The position numbers and the translations under genes were made by a program. 41,227 nucleotides of DNA from Exilispira sp. GTDB lineage: Bacteria > Spirochaetota > JAAYUW01. The notes beneath the pieces are model-generated. The model had not been told where the DNA came from. It did no database searches and saw nothing but the letters and a program-made list of their open reading frames with translations. Location: positions 1-41,227 of the forward strand of contig DAOOKC010000004.1 in NCBI GenBank assembly GCA_035385485.1. Reading direction: 5' to 3'. Position 1 is the first letter of the stretch; the number at the start of each line of letters is the position of its first letter. Below, in pieces: positions 9,836 to 18,702 of this stretch.

Positions 9836-10477
9836 ATGAGTATAAATGAAAAAACTCTTATCAAAACTGAAAAAACTCATGTTAAACAAGAAGTAGATGA
9901 AAAAACTAGTAAAATCTTAGAAAATAGCTTGAAAGATTTAATTGATATTCAGAAAGATATGATTGATAAACTGATAGAATTTATATATAAATCTGTATAT
10001 ACAAGAAATTTGCTCTGGGATTTAAATTTTGATATTACAGTTAAAAAGAAAATCATATCTATTATTAAAATTATACAGTATTTTTTAGATTTTAAGTTAA
10101 GATGGCCTGCAACAGTTTCATCTGCTGAAGATGTTGTAAAGTATGTAAGAAATTTTTGTGCGCCAGATAGAGAAACTTTTATAGCTATCTATCTTAACAC
10201 TCATAATACAATTCTTTCCACTTCGATTATTTCTTATGGTACTACTGATTATGCTTATGTAAATATTAAGATGATTTTTTGTTATGCTTTGAAATTTGAT
10301 GCCACCAAGATTATCCTGGTACATAATCATCCAAGTGGAGACCCATCACCTTCATCTGAAGATATAGCTTTTACAAAAAAAATTTCAAATTATGCCAAGG
10401 ATTTTGGAATTAATTTACTGGATCATATAATAATAGCAAATACATTCTTCTCTTTTAATAGTGAAGGGTTATTATAA
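9836..10477 (+). CDS. radC: RadC-family JAB/MPN domain protein
   Basis: The C-terminal domain carries the JAMM motif HNHPSGDPSPSSEDIAFTKK. Confidence 0.8.
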   Translation: MSINEKTLIKTEKTHVKQEVDEKTSKILENSLKDLIDIQKDMIDKLIEFIYKSVYTRNLLWDLNFDITVKKKIISIIKIIQYFLDFKLRWPATVSSAEDVVKYVRNFCAPDRETFIAIYLNTHNTILSTSIISYGTTDYAYVNIKMIFCYALKFDATKIILVHNHPSGDPSPSSEDIAFTKKISNYAKDFGINLLDHIIIANTFFSFNSEGLL

Positions 10478-10567
10478 TAGAAATTATGACTTTTTTATAA
10501 TCTAAAATTTGTGTTGAAATAATTTTAAGATAAATTAATATTATTTTCAAAATAAAAAGGTGGTAAG

Positions 10568-11485
10568 ATGTTTTCGATTGATAGACTTATATCTGAAATG
10601 AAAAAGAAAAAAAGTGCGATCTGTCTTGGATTGGATCCATTTATTGATAAGATACCTTCAAAATTTATTGAAGAAGGAGAGTTTTATTTTGGCAAGACTA
10701 TTAGTGCGTATTCATATGCTGTTTTACAATTTAATAAAAAGGTTCTTGAAATATGCAAAGATAAGGTAGCAGTTGTTAAGCCACAATTTTCTTTATATGT
10801 AAGATTAGGAATAGAAGGTCTTTTAACTTTTAAAAATACAGTCCAATATGCAAAGGAACTAGGTCTTTTAGTTATTATTGATGCAAAGTCAAATGATATC
10901 GATTCTTCTATGGAAGGTTATGCTGATGGTTTTTTAGGTAGTGTTAAAATCGAAGAAGAAGAGTTTTCTGCTTTTGATGCTGATTTTTTGACAATAAATC
11001 CATATCTTGGATCTGATACTTATAAATCCATCAAAAAGGTTATTGATACCAATGAAAAAGGCGCATTTGTCCTTGCAAAAACATCAAATCCGTCATCAAA
11101 AGATTTTCAGGATAAACTTATAGATGGAAAGCCACTATACTGGCATGTAGCGAAAAGTGTTGAAGATTACTTTAAAGATTATAAGACTGAATTTGGCTAT
11201 TTACCTGTTGGATTAGTAGTCGGAGCTACTATGCCTCAGGAGTTGAAAATTTTAAAAGAAGAATTTAATAAATTATTCTTTTTAATACCAGGTTATGGGA
11301 CACAAGGTGGAACTATAGATTCTTTAAGTCAAATTGTGAATGAAAATATCGGTTTTATCGTAAACGCATCAAGATCTATATTATATTCATATAAGGATAA
11401 ATATAAAGATTTAAGTTTTGAAACTGCAATATTAAAATCAATAGATGAAATGAATGACCAGATTAATAAGGTTGTTAAATATTGA
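10568..11485 (+). CDS. pyrF: orotidine 5'-phosphate decarboxylase, type 2
   Basis: Evidence includes LDPF... near the N-terminus, the D-x-K-x-x-D catalytic motif (DAKSND), PGYGTQGG near the C-terminus, and a length of about 305 aa. Confidence 0.75.
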   Translation: MFSIDRLISEMKKKKSAICLGLDPFIDKIPSKFIEEGEFYFGKTISAYSYAVLQFNKKVLEICKDKVAVVKPQFSLYVRLGIEGLLTFKNTVQYAKELGLLVIIDAKSNDIDSSMEGYADGFLGSVKIEEEEFSAFDADFLTINPYLGSDTYKSIKKVIDTNEKGAFVLAKTSNPSSKDFQDKLIDGKPLYWHVAKSVEDYFKDYKTEFGYLPVGLVVGATMPQELKILKEEFNKLFFLIPGYGTQGGTIDSLSQIVNENIGFIVNASRSILYSYKDKYKDLSFETAILKSIDEMNDQINKVVKY

Positions 11486-12983
11486 TAAAAAATTTGATCT
11501 TCTTTCAATTATTTTTTTATTAACAACGCCATTGATATTAATAGGTGCTTATTTAGGTGAGGTATTTTTAAGTTATATCTATAGCTTAAAACAATTTTAT
11601 TTAATCTTCAGTATCTTGTTTTTATTTTTGGTAATACTGATTTTACTATCATATTTTTTAATTCAGACTGATAAAAGTAAATTTTTTATATTATTAATTT
11701 TTTTATTTTTAATATTATTTTTCGCTATTTTATATAGATTTTCAATCGGTGATTTATCTTATGATTATTCTATTTTAAGTAGATATATTTCAAAATATCC
11801 CTATTTTTATCTTCAGACGACAGATTTTTTTCAAGATTATGAAAAATATACAAGAGTGAAAGCTTATATTATAGGTTTCACAGATTTAAAGAAAATAGAA
11901 AAAACAAAGATTTCTGTTTATTTTTATTCAGACAATATTTCATCTATTCCATCTGGAACCATTTTTTTGTTTTCTACAGAGAAACTTAAAAAATATTCAA
12001 ATATTAATTTTTTAGAAAGTAAGATGTCAATTTCACTTTCAAGAATTGACGCCATATCCAAAGTCAAAGAAGGTAGCTTATTAGCAAAGATCAGAGTTCA
12101 AATAAGGAAAATTATTTTTAATAAATTATTAAAATATTATAATAGGTGGAATTTAGGGAGTATCTATGCAATATTAACAGGAAGCAGGCAATTTGTTTTT
12201 CAACCTCTTATTGAAATCTTTCAGAATACTGGTACATCTCATCTTTTTGCTCTTTCTGGACAACATTTAAGTATTTTGCTCTTAATTGTAGGTATTTTTA
12301 CATCAAATTCATTAATATTAATTTTATTTTCATTTATATATCTTGCTTTTGCAGGCTGGCAAGTTTCATTTTTACGGGCATTTTATTCTCTTATATTGGC
12401 TATTATAATCAAAAAATTTAATATAAAACCAGCTTTTGAAAATATCATTGCTCTATTGACATTATTAGTATTTGTGTCTGAACCGCAAAATATACTTTCA
12501 ATAAGTTTTCTTCTTTCAATTTCAGCAATAGCAGCATTACTTGCTACATCAATATTATTTGTTTGGCTAACAATGCAAAAAGAAAAAAATTATATAAAAA
12601 AACTTATACTCATACCTTTTATAGGAAGTCTGGATATATTTATCTTTCAGTTTCCTTTAATTTTAGCTTTTTTTGGTAAGATTAATCTTATTACACCTTT
12701 AATAAATCTTATTGCAATACCATTATTCTCTTTTGCCATCTATTTTGCAATTCCATCTTTGATCTTCAATCCATTTTATATCTTCAGTAATATTGCAAGC
12801 GGATTTTTTGATCTGTTATCAATCTTTTTATTATATATTTCAAAATTTAAAATTTTTTTTATTGAGCTTAAATTAAATAAATCATTGGGCTTTTTTCTTT
12901 TGTTTTTTATTTATTTAATTCATTTTATTTTGATAAAGATTATCAATATTGAAAAAGTAAAAAGAGATATCAAAATTTCATAA
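11454..12983 (+). CDS. comEC: ComEC/Rec2-family DNA internalisation channel protein (no C-terminal MBL nuclease domain)
   Basis: TGTSHLFALSGQHLSIL is the ComEC competence-domain signature, and the protein has many TM helices. The ORF ends right after the membrane domain. The start overlaps pyrF by 32 nt, so the exact start is uncertain. Confidence 0.75.
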   Translation: MTRLIRLLNIDKKFDLLSIIFLLTTPLILIGAYLGEVFLSYIYSLKQFYLIFSILFLFLVILILLSYFLIQTDKSKFFILLIFLFLILFFAILYRFSIGDLSYDYSILSRYISKYPYFYLQTTDFFQDYEKYTRVKAYIIGFTDLKKIEKTKISVYFYSDNISSIPSGTIFLFSTEKLKKYSNINFLESKMSISLSRIDAISKVKEGSLLAKIRVQIRKIIFNKLLKYYNRWNLGSIYAILTGSRQFVFQPLIEIFQNTGTSHLFALSGQHLSILLLIVGIFTSNSLILILFSFIYLAFAGWQVSFLRAFYSLILAIIIKKFNIKPAFENIIALLTLLVFVSEPQNILSISFLLSISAIAALLATSILFVWLTMQKEKNYIKKLILIPFIGSLDIFIFQFPLILAFFGKINLITPLINLIAIPLFSFAIYFAIPSLIFNPFYIFSNIASGFFDLLSIFLLYISKFKIFFIELKLNKSLGFFLLFFIYLIHFILIKIINIEKVKRDIKIS

Positions 12984-13553
12984 AAGAAATTCATTATTTT
13001 CAGAAAGAAGATTAAAAAGACAGATTGAAAGATTGTCTTTATCTTTATCTGAAATATAAGTAAATTCTATTGCCAATTGCGATCCAACTGTATATACTAC
13101 TTTACCTGATACTATCATATGATAAGATTTAATATAGATATGAATCAATTTTAAATCTTTGCCATTCGTAAAATATTGCAATAATGAAATATCATCAAGT
13201 TGACATCTAAAACCACCTAAAGAAATATCAAGAATTTTACAACTTATACCATTGCCTTTTTCAACTATAAAAGCAAAACATCTATTAGTTTCTTTAATAT
13301 TAATTCTAATGGTTTTTCTTCTTTCTTCTAAATTAATATTAGCTTTTTTTAACGATGTTAATAAATATTCAACAATTTGGGAGGATGAAAAAGATCTTAA
13401 AAATATTCCTATAATTTTATAGTTATTATAAGAAAGGTTAACTGTTTTAAATGCTTGAATATCTGATTTTGAAATTCCAAAAACTAAATTTAACTTGCTA
13501 TTTATTTTATAGAAAAAATAATCCAAAAAATATTCTAACGATCTTCTAACCAT
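12978..13553 (-). CDS. PilZ domain protein; N-terminally decayed tandem paralog of the 13834-15063 gene (see findings; may be a pseudogene)
   Basis: RRKTIR and DISLGG PilZ motifs are present. It aligns by eye over its whole length with the C-terminal half of the neighbouring 409-aa protein. Confidence 0.55.
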   Translation of the reverse strand: MVRRSLEYFLDYFFYKINSKLNLVFGISKSDIQAFKTVNLSYNNYKIIGIFLRSFSSSQIVEYLLTSLKKANINLEERRKTIRINIKETNRCFAFIVEKGNGISCKILDISLGGFRCQLDDISLLQYFTNGKDLKLIHIYIKSYHMIVSGKVVYTVGSQLAIEFTYISDKDKDNLSICLFNLLSENNEFLL

Positions 13554-13833
13554 ACAATAATCAATAATTATTAAATCAGTTTTTTTTACGTTAATTATTT
13601 CAATGAAGCTTTTTTCATCAGATATATTATAGATTTCGATATTTTTAGGAATTAATTGTGTACAGATTTCTTCAATTAAATTTCTGCTGAATCCATAAAA
13701 AATAAAAGTTATTTGAAAATTTCAACAATACTTGAAAAAATATTATTTAAATTTTCTTCAAATAACATTTTTGTGTTTTACTTTTTATAAAATTGAGGAT
13801 ATAACATAAATCTTAAAAAGTCAAGATTATACT

Positions 13834-15063
13834 TTATTTATTACAAAGAATTTTGAAAATTGAATTTGAAATTAAGTTTTTATCCTGGTCGATAAGGTTG
13901 ACAAAAGAAGCTGAAAAATATTTATCAGATATATTGACAATTTTACAACTAACCTTTAATCGATTATATTTTAAAAACATATCCACTGAATTTAATATTT
14001 TCCCAATTTGAAGTTTTTCTTTTATTTCAGGATTGTCAAACTCAGCGCGAAATCCGCCAAGCGAGATGTCTTTTAATTTAGCAGTGAATTTAAGATCTTT
14101 ATCGTTCACTGAAACAAAGAATCTACTATTATCGGAAATATTGACTCTTATATCTTTTCTTCTATCATCGGGTTTTATACCAATTTTTCGAAGAATTGAA
14201 TAAATATAATTAACTATTTCTTTAGTAGAAAATGTTTTTAAAAAAAGTCCAATAAGCTGGTAGTATTCAGAACTTGCAGGAATCCCCTGAAATTTAAGAG
14301 CATCAATTTTTGTAATTCCAAAAACAAGATTTATTTTATAATCCAAACCAGAAAAGTAAGATTTTAAGAAGATTTTAAAATCTTGATTAACTACATAAAA
14401 ATCTATTACAGCAATATCAAACTTTCTTGATTTTATAAGTTCAATAAAGTCTTTATGGTTTTCTACATAGTATATTTCAAAACCCTTAGGAATAAATTCA
14501 TTAGTTATTTCTTCTATAGATTCTTCAGAAAATCCAAAAAAGATAAAAGAAATAGATCTTTCAAATTTTATTTCATTAATCCCTAAAAAGATAGAAAGAT
14601 CTCCCATTTCACTTGTCATTTCAACAGCAAATATAGATTCATAAAAAATCTCATCTTTTTCAGGTAAAAAAAGTACTGATGATATTTCTACCTTCTTACC
14701 ATCGGCAAAGAGAAAATTAGATATTTTAGCAGAGATAAGATTTCCTATTTCTTTATAAGCTGAATTTTTTAGTTCTTCTTCACTATCATTTTCAATAGGA
14801 TTTTCGTCTGTAGTAAAAGTTTTTAAAAAATTTGGTAATACATTATTTTTTAATTTTTCATCAAATTTTATTATAATGTCGCCACTAATATCACCTGTAA
14901 TTTTAATAAGAAGTAAATCGCTATTAACTAATAGATTATTATTAGTGGTAAAAATATGTTTTTTGACTAAATTTATACCACTTATCTGCTTAATAACATT
15001 AATAGAAGAAAGAAGAATAATGTTTAATACTCTTCCGTCGATCATATAATTACTGCTACTCAA
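13834..15063 (-). CDS. three-domain signalling protein: CheC/CheX-like domain, receiver-like domain, PilZ domain
   Basis: SAYKEIGN is the S-x3-E-x2-N signature of CheC-family phosphatases. Receiver-like positions IAVID / FGITK / LKTFS follow. PilZ motifs RRKDIR and DISLGG are at the C-terminus. The TTG start overlaps the TGA of the upstream gene. Confidence 0.7.
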   Translation of the reverse strand: MSSSNYMIDGRVLNIILLSSINVIKQISGINLVKKHIFTTNNNLLVNSDLLLIKITGDISGDIIIKFDEKLKNNVLPNFLKTFTTDENPIENDSEEELKNSAYKEIGNLISAKISNFLFADGKKVEISSVLFLPEKDEIFYESIFAVEMTSEMGDLSIFLGINEIKFERSISFIFFGFSEESIEEITNEFIPKGFEIYYVENHKDFIELIKSRKFDIAVIDFYVVNQDFKIFLKSYFSGLDYKINLVFGITKIDALKFQGIPASSEYYQLIGLFLKTFSTKEIVNYIYSILRKIGIKPDDRRKDIRVNISDNSRFFVSVNDKDLKFTAKLKDISLGGFRAEFDNPEIKEKLQIGKILNSVDMFLKYNRLKVSCKIVNISDKYFSASFVNLIDQDKNLISNSIFKILCNK

Positions 15064-16130
15064 TTTTCTACCTTGGCAAGATTATTTTTTATAAATTTTT
15101 TTAAGGCTAAATAAAATATATCATAGTTTTTGTATGGTGTCAAACCAAAATGACCTATTCTAAAAACTTTTCCTTTTAATGAACCCTGACCATGACCTAT
15201 ATATAAAGAAAATTTTTTTTTACAAAAATCGATAAAATTTTCAGCATCAGAATATTCAAAAACAGATACCCCATATGAACTTTCTAATGGATAAAGATTT
15301 ATTCCAAAGTCAATACATTTTTTTCTTATAATATCAGCAATTTTTTGATTTCTTTCAATAATCTTATTAATTCCTTTTTCTTTCATATCTTTAATTATTT
15401 GTTCAATATAAAATAATGTATTTATGGCAGGAGTAAAAGGTGGAGAATCAAAATATTTATTGAGATTGAAATAATATGAACTAATATTATTATTTTTGAT
15501 TATTTCCATTGCTTTCTTATTTAAACTTATAAAAGATAAACCAGATGGTGAATTTAAGCCTTTTTGCGAACCTATTATTATTGCATCAATATTAAATTGA
15601 TCCTGATAGATATAATCTGAAGTAAAAGCCGAAACTGCATCAGCAATTGTTATACAACCAAATCTTTCTCCCATTTTACCAATAATTGACGGATCACAAT
15701 AAATACCACTAGATGTTTCACATATTTGAAATGTTATATGAGTATAATTTCCTTTTGAAAGTTCTCTTTCTATTAGATTATAATCCACTTTTCTATTTTC
15801 TAAAAATGATAATTTATTAGCAGTAATTGAATAAGAATTGCAAATATCAAAAAATCTATCTCCAAATTTTCCACTTGAGATTACAAGCACTTTGCTATTT
15901 TTTGAAGTTAAAGAAATGATTGATGCTTCCATTGCCCCTGTAGATGAGCAGGTTAAAATAGCAACATCACCATAAAGATTATCCAATAAAAGTTTCAAAA
16001 TATTTTTTACAGAAAACCAAACTGATAAAAACTCATTACTTCTTTGGGAAATTGGGGTTTTGAGTAAATATTTTTCGTATTCTTTAATAAAACCAGAAGG
16101 TCCTGGTAAAAGGTTATATTCTTTTTTCAT
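15060..16130 (-). CDS. class V (AGXT/serine-pyruvate type) PLP-dependent aminotransferase
   Basis: Evidence includes LLPGP at the N-terminus, SSTGAMEA, the DAVSAF Asp, and the SQKGL PLP-lysine motif. It overlaps kamE by 17 nt. Confidence 0.8.
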   Translation of the reverse strand: MKKEYNLLPGPSGFIKEYEKYLLKTPISQRSNEFLSVWFSVKNILKLLLDNLYGDVAILTCSSTGAMEASIISLTSKNSKVLVISSGKFGDRFFDICNSYSITANKLSFLENRKVDYNLIERELSKGNYTHITFQICETSSGIYCDPSIIGKMGERFGCITIADAVSAFTSDYIYQDQFNIDAIIIGSQKGLNSPSGLSFISLNKKAMEIIKNNNISSYYFNLNKYFDSPPFTPAINTLFYIEQIIKDMKEKGINKIIERNQKIADIIRKKCIDFGINLYPLESSYGVSVFEYSDAENFIDFCKKKFSLYIGHGQGSLKGKVFRIGHFGLTPYKNYDIFYLALKKFIKNNLAKVEN

Positions 16131-16878
16131 CTTTTTTCTTAAGTAAATTCTGAACTATAAAAGTTGCTACATCCTCAGGAAAAGTTCCCACACCAAATCC
16201 CGCATCAAATCCAAGTTCAAGTGCAAGCTCATGGGTTATTCTTGGCCCACCAGCTACCGCTAAAATTTTATCTCTTAATTTTTCAGCTTCCAAAAGTTCT
16301 ATGAATTTTGTCATATTCGCAATATGAACATCTTTTTGTGTTACAATCTGTGAAATTAAAATAACATCAGCATTGACTTTTTTAGCAAATGCAATGACCT
16401 CTTCTGAAGGAACCTGTGCACCAAGGTTGTATACTTCCATTCCATGATAGGATTCAAGTCCTTTATGACCTGCTATACCTTTCATATTTAAAATAGCATC
16501 TATTCCAACTGTATGGGCATCAGATTCAATACATGCTCCAACAATAACAATTTTTCTTCCAATTTCTTTTTCTATTTTTTCAACTATGGTATGTTTATCC
16601 CATACTTCTTTTGTTGCTTTGGGTACAACTATACTTGTAAAATCAATAGTTTTATTTGCACAGGCATATGCTACAAAAAATGAAAATCCAATGCCCATTT
16701 TATCCATATGTGTAATCATGACATTTTCAAAACCAAGAAGTTCAAGATATCTTTTAGCACATTCTTTTGCTTCATCTCCATAAGGAACGGGCAGAGTAAA
16801 AGAAAATTGCATCTTTCCATCATCTAAAGTATCTCCATAAGGTTTTACCTTTTTTAAATCTATTTCTTTTCTATTCAT
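16114..16878 (-). CDS. kamE: lysine 5,6-aminomutase beta subunit (B12- and PLP-binding)
   Basis: The cobalamin-binding motif DxHxxG is present (SDAHTVG) within a Rossmann-like B12 domain. The KPYGDTLDDGKMQFSFTLPV N-terminus and ~254-aa size are typical of KamE. Confidence 0.85.
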   Translation of the reverse strand: MNRKEIDLKKVKPYGDTLDDGKMQFSFTLPVPYGDEAKECAKRYLELLGFENVMITHMDKMGIGFSFFVAYACANKTIDFTSIVVPKATKEVWDKHTIVEKIEKEIGRKIVIVGACIESDAHTVGIDAILNMKGIAGHKGLESYHGMEVYNLGAQVPSEEVIAFAKKVNADVILISQIVTQKDVHIANMTKFIELLEAEKLRDKILAVAGGPRITHELALELGFDAGFGVGTFPEDVATFIVQNLLKKKDEKRI

Positions 16879-16927
16879 ATTGTTCCCCTTATTTTTATCA
16901 TTCTTACCCTTTATGAATTATAAACTT

Positions 16928-16989
16928 TTATTAATTATAAGCTATTAATTATAAGTTTTTACTAATCATAAATCTTTATTAATTATAAA
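16928..16989. repeat. four copies (one degenerate) of T(T)ATTAATTATAA inside the kamD-kamE spacer, plus a pair TTCCTTAAT(T/C)ATTTATA at 16995-17035
   Basis: Read directly: 16928-16941, 16943-16955, a degenerate copy at 16960-16972, and 16977-16989. Confidence 0.8.
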
Positions 16990-17106
16990 AATTTTTCCTT
17001 AATTATTTATAATATTCTTCCTTAATCATTTATATTTCTTTTATAATTTTTTATTTTTTTTATTTAAATCTTTATATCTTTTTAATTAAAAAAGATTATA
17101 AAAATG

Positions 17107-18702
17107 CTAAGAGAACTGAGGGTTTCTAACTTTTAGTTTTTCTATAAAAATTTTTTCAAATGGATTAAAATATTTATCATCTTTGATAAATACTCCACTA
17201 AAACCTTTTCCTCCATCCATCGCTCTTTTTATATCAGCAAAAATACCTTCAGAGATAGATTGCATAAGACCTTTTTTTGTAATCTCTTTTAAAAGATCAT
17301 GTGCATCATTTAATACTTTTTTTGCCCTATTGGCAATTATGCCATCTTTTTTAAATTCAATTTCATCAGCCATATTTCTCATAGTTTTAAAAACCATTTT
17401 AGCATTTTCCAAAGATAGATGTCTATCCATCATAAAAGGCGTATGAATTGCTTCTGTAAGCATACCAAGAAGATGTATTGTCTGTCCGCTCATTACAGAA
17501 ACAGCATTAAAAAGAGCATCCTGAACATGTCCTTTAAAAATATTACCTGTCATAAACTTTGTTGGGGGCATATATTTCAAAGGTGAGTTAGGGAATATTT
17601 CTTTAATCATCTGAGCCTGAGCAAGTTCATATAAAAATTGATTCTCAATATCAGGGTCAATTTCAAATGCATGTCCAAGACCCATAAGTCTTTCGGGCAT
17701 GTAAGCTTTAAGGGCAAATTGTTCGTTAATAAGTTCAGATGCTAATACTGTATGTGCTTTTTCAAATGCATCGCTCGTGGTAAGATAGTTGTCTTCTCCA
17801 GTATTTATGACTATTTCTGCAAAAGAGTTTATCATCCTTGAAAAATATTGGTCGAAAAATGTCCTTTGCATATTTATATCTCTAAATAGTATTCCATACA
17901 TCGAATCATTTAGCATAACATCAAGTCTTTCAATAGCGCCAAGTGCTGCGATTTCGGGCATGCAAAGCCCTGAACAGTAATTTACAAGTCTAATATATTT
18001 TCCTACTTCTTTTGAAACTTCATCTAAAGCCTTTCTCATTATTCTGAAATTTTCTTGAGTCGCATATGTCCCTCCAAAGCCTTCAGTAGTGGCGCCATGT
18101 GGAACATAATCTAAAAGAGATTGGGCTGTCGATCTTATAACAGCAATAATATCTGCTCCACTTCTTGCAGCATTTTGTGCCTGGACAACATCTTCATATA
18201 TATTTCCAGTTGCGACAATAAGATATAGATACGGAGGTTGTCCTTCGCCATATTCTTCAATCATCTGATTTCGTTTTAATACGTTCTGTTCAATTTTTTC
18301 TGTTGATTTTAATGCAAGATCAATGGCTTTTTGTTTTATTACTTCATAATCAAGAGGCTCTATAGACTTAAAAGAAAGCTTTCCGTTAACTATATTATCA
18401 CAGAATTCTTTAAGAGGAAGATTTGTTCTAATAAGGCCATTTATAAGATAATAAGTTGCTCCTCTTGATATTAATCCATCATTTATTAGTTTATCAACTA
18501 TTATATTTACATAAGGCAATTGTTGTTCTTCACTGTACCACTCAACTCCAAATAACCTTAATACTGCTCTTTCAACTGAAGCTGTAGATCTTAAATCAAT
18601 AAATTTTTGAACTTCGTTGACAATTTCTTTGGCATATTCTCTTGATTCATCTATTATTTTTTTATCTAAATCTAGTTTAGATTTGACATTATTTACCTTC
18701 AT
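17107..18702 (-). CDS. kamD: lysine 5,6-aminomutase alpha subunit
   Basis: It is a ~530-aa TIM-barrel subunit. The N-terminus (...RSTASVERAVLRLFGV...) and conserved blocks are typical of KamD, and it is paired with kamE. Confidence 0.85.
   Translation of the reverse strand: MKVNNVKSKLDLDKKIIDESREYAKEIVNEVQKFIDLRSTASVERAVLRLFGVEWYSEEQQLPYVNIIVDKLINDGLISRGATYYLINGLIRTNLPLKEFCDNIVNGKLSFKSIEPLDYEVIKQKAIDLALKSTEKIEQNVLKRNQMIEEYGEGQPPYLYLIVATGNIYEDVVQAQNAARSGADIIAVIRSTAQSLLDYVPHGATTEGFGGTYATQENFRIMRKALDEVSKEVGKYIRLVNYCSGLCMPEIAALGAIERLDVMLNDSMYGILFRDINMQRTFFDQYFSRMINSFAEIVINTGEDNYLTTSDAFEKAHTVLASELINEQFALKAYMPERLMGLGHAFEIDPDIENQFLYELAQAQMIKEIFPNSPLKYMPPTKFMTGNIFKGHVQDALFNAVSVMSGQTIHLLGMLTEAIHTPFMMDRHLSLENAKMVFKTMRNMADEIEFKKDGIIANRAKKVLNDAHDLLKEITKKGLMQSISEGIFADIKRAMDGGKGFSGVFIKDDKYFNPFEKIFIEKLKVRNPQFS

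Noticed and set aside
16100-18702. The locally higher GC of kamDE, and similarly of kce at 37430-38251, as a sign of horizontal transfer.
   Set aside because: The GC rise tracks highly conserved catalytic sequence with many Gly/Ala/Pro codons. There are no flanking mobile-element features. I cannot compute codon statistics by eye, so there is no basis for an HGT claim.
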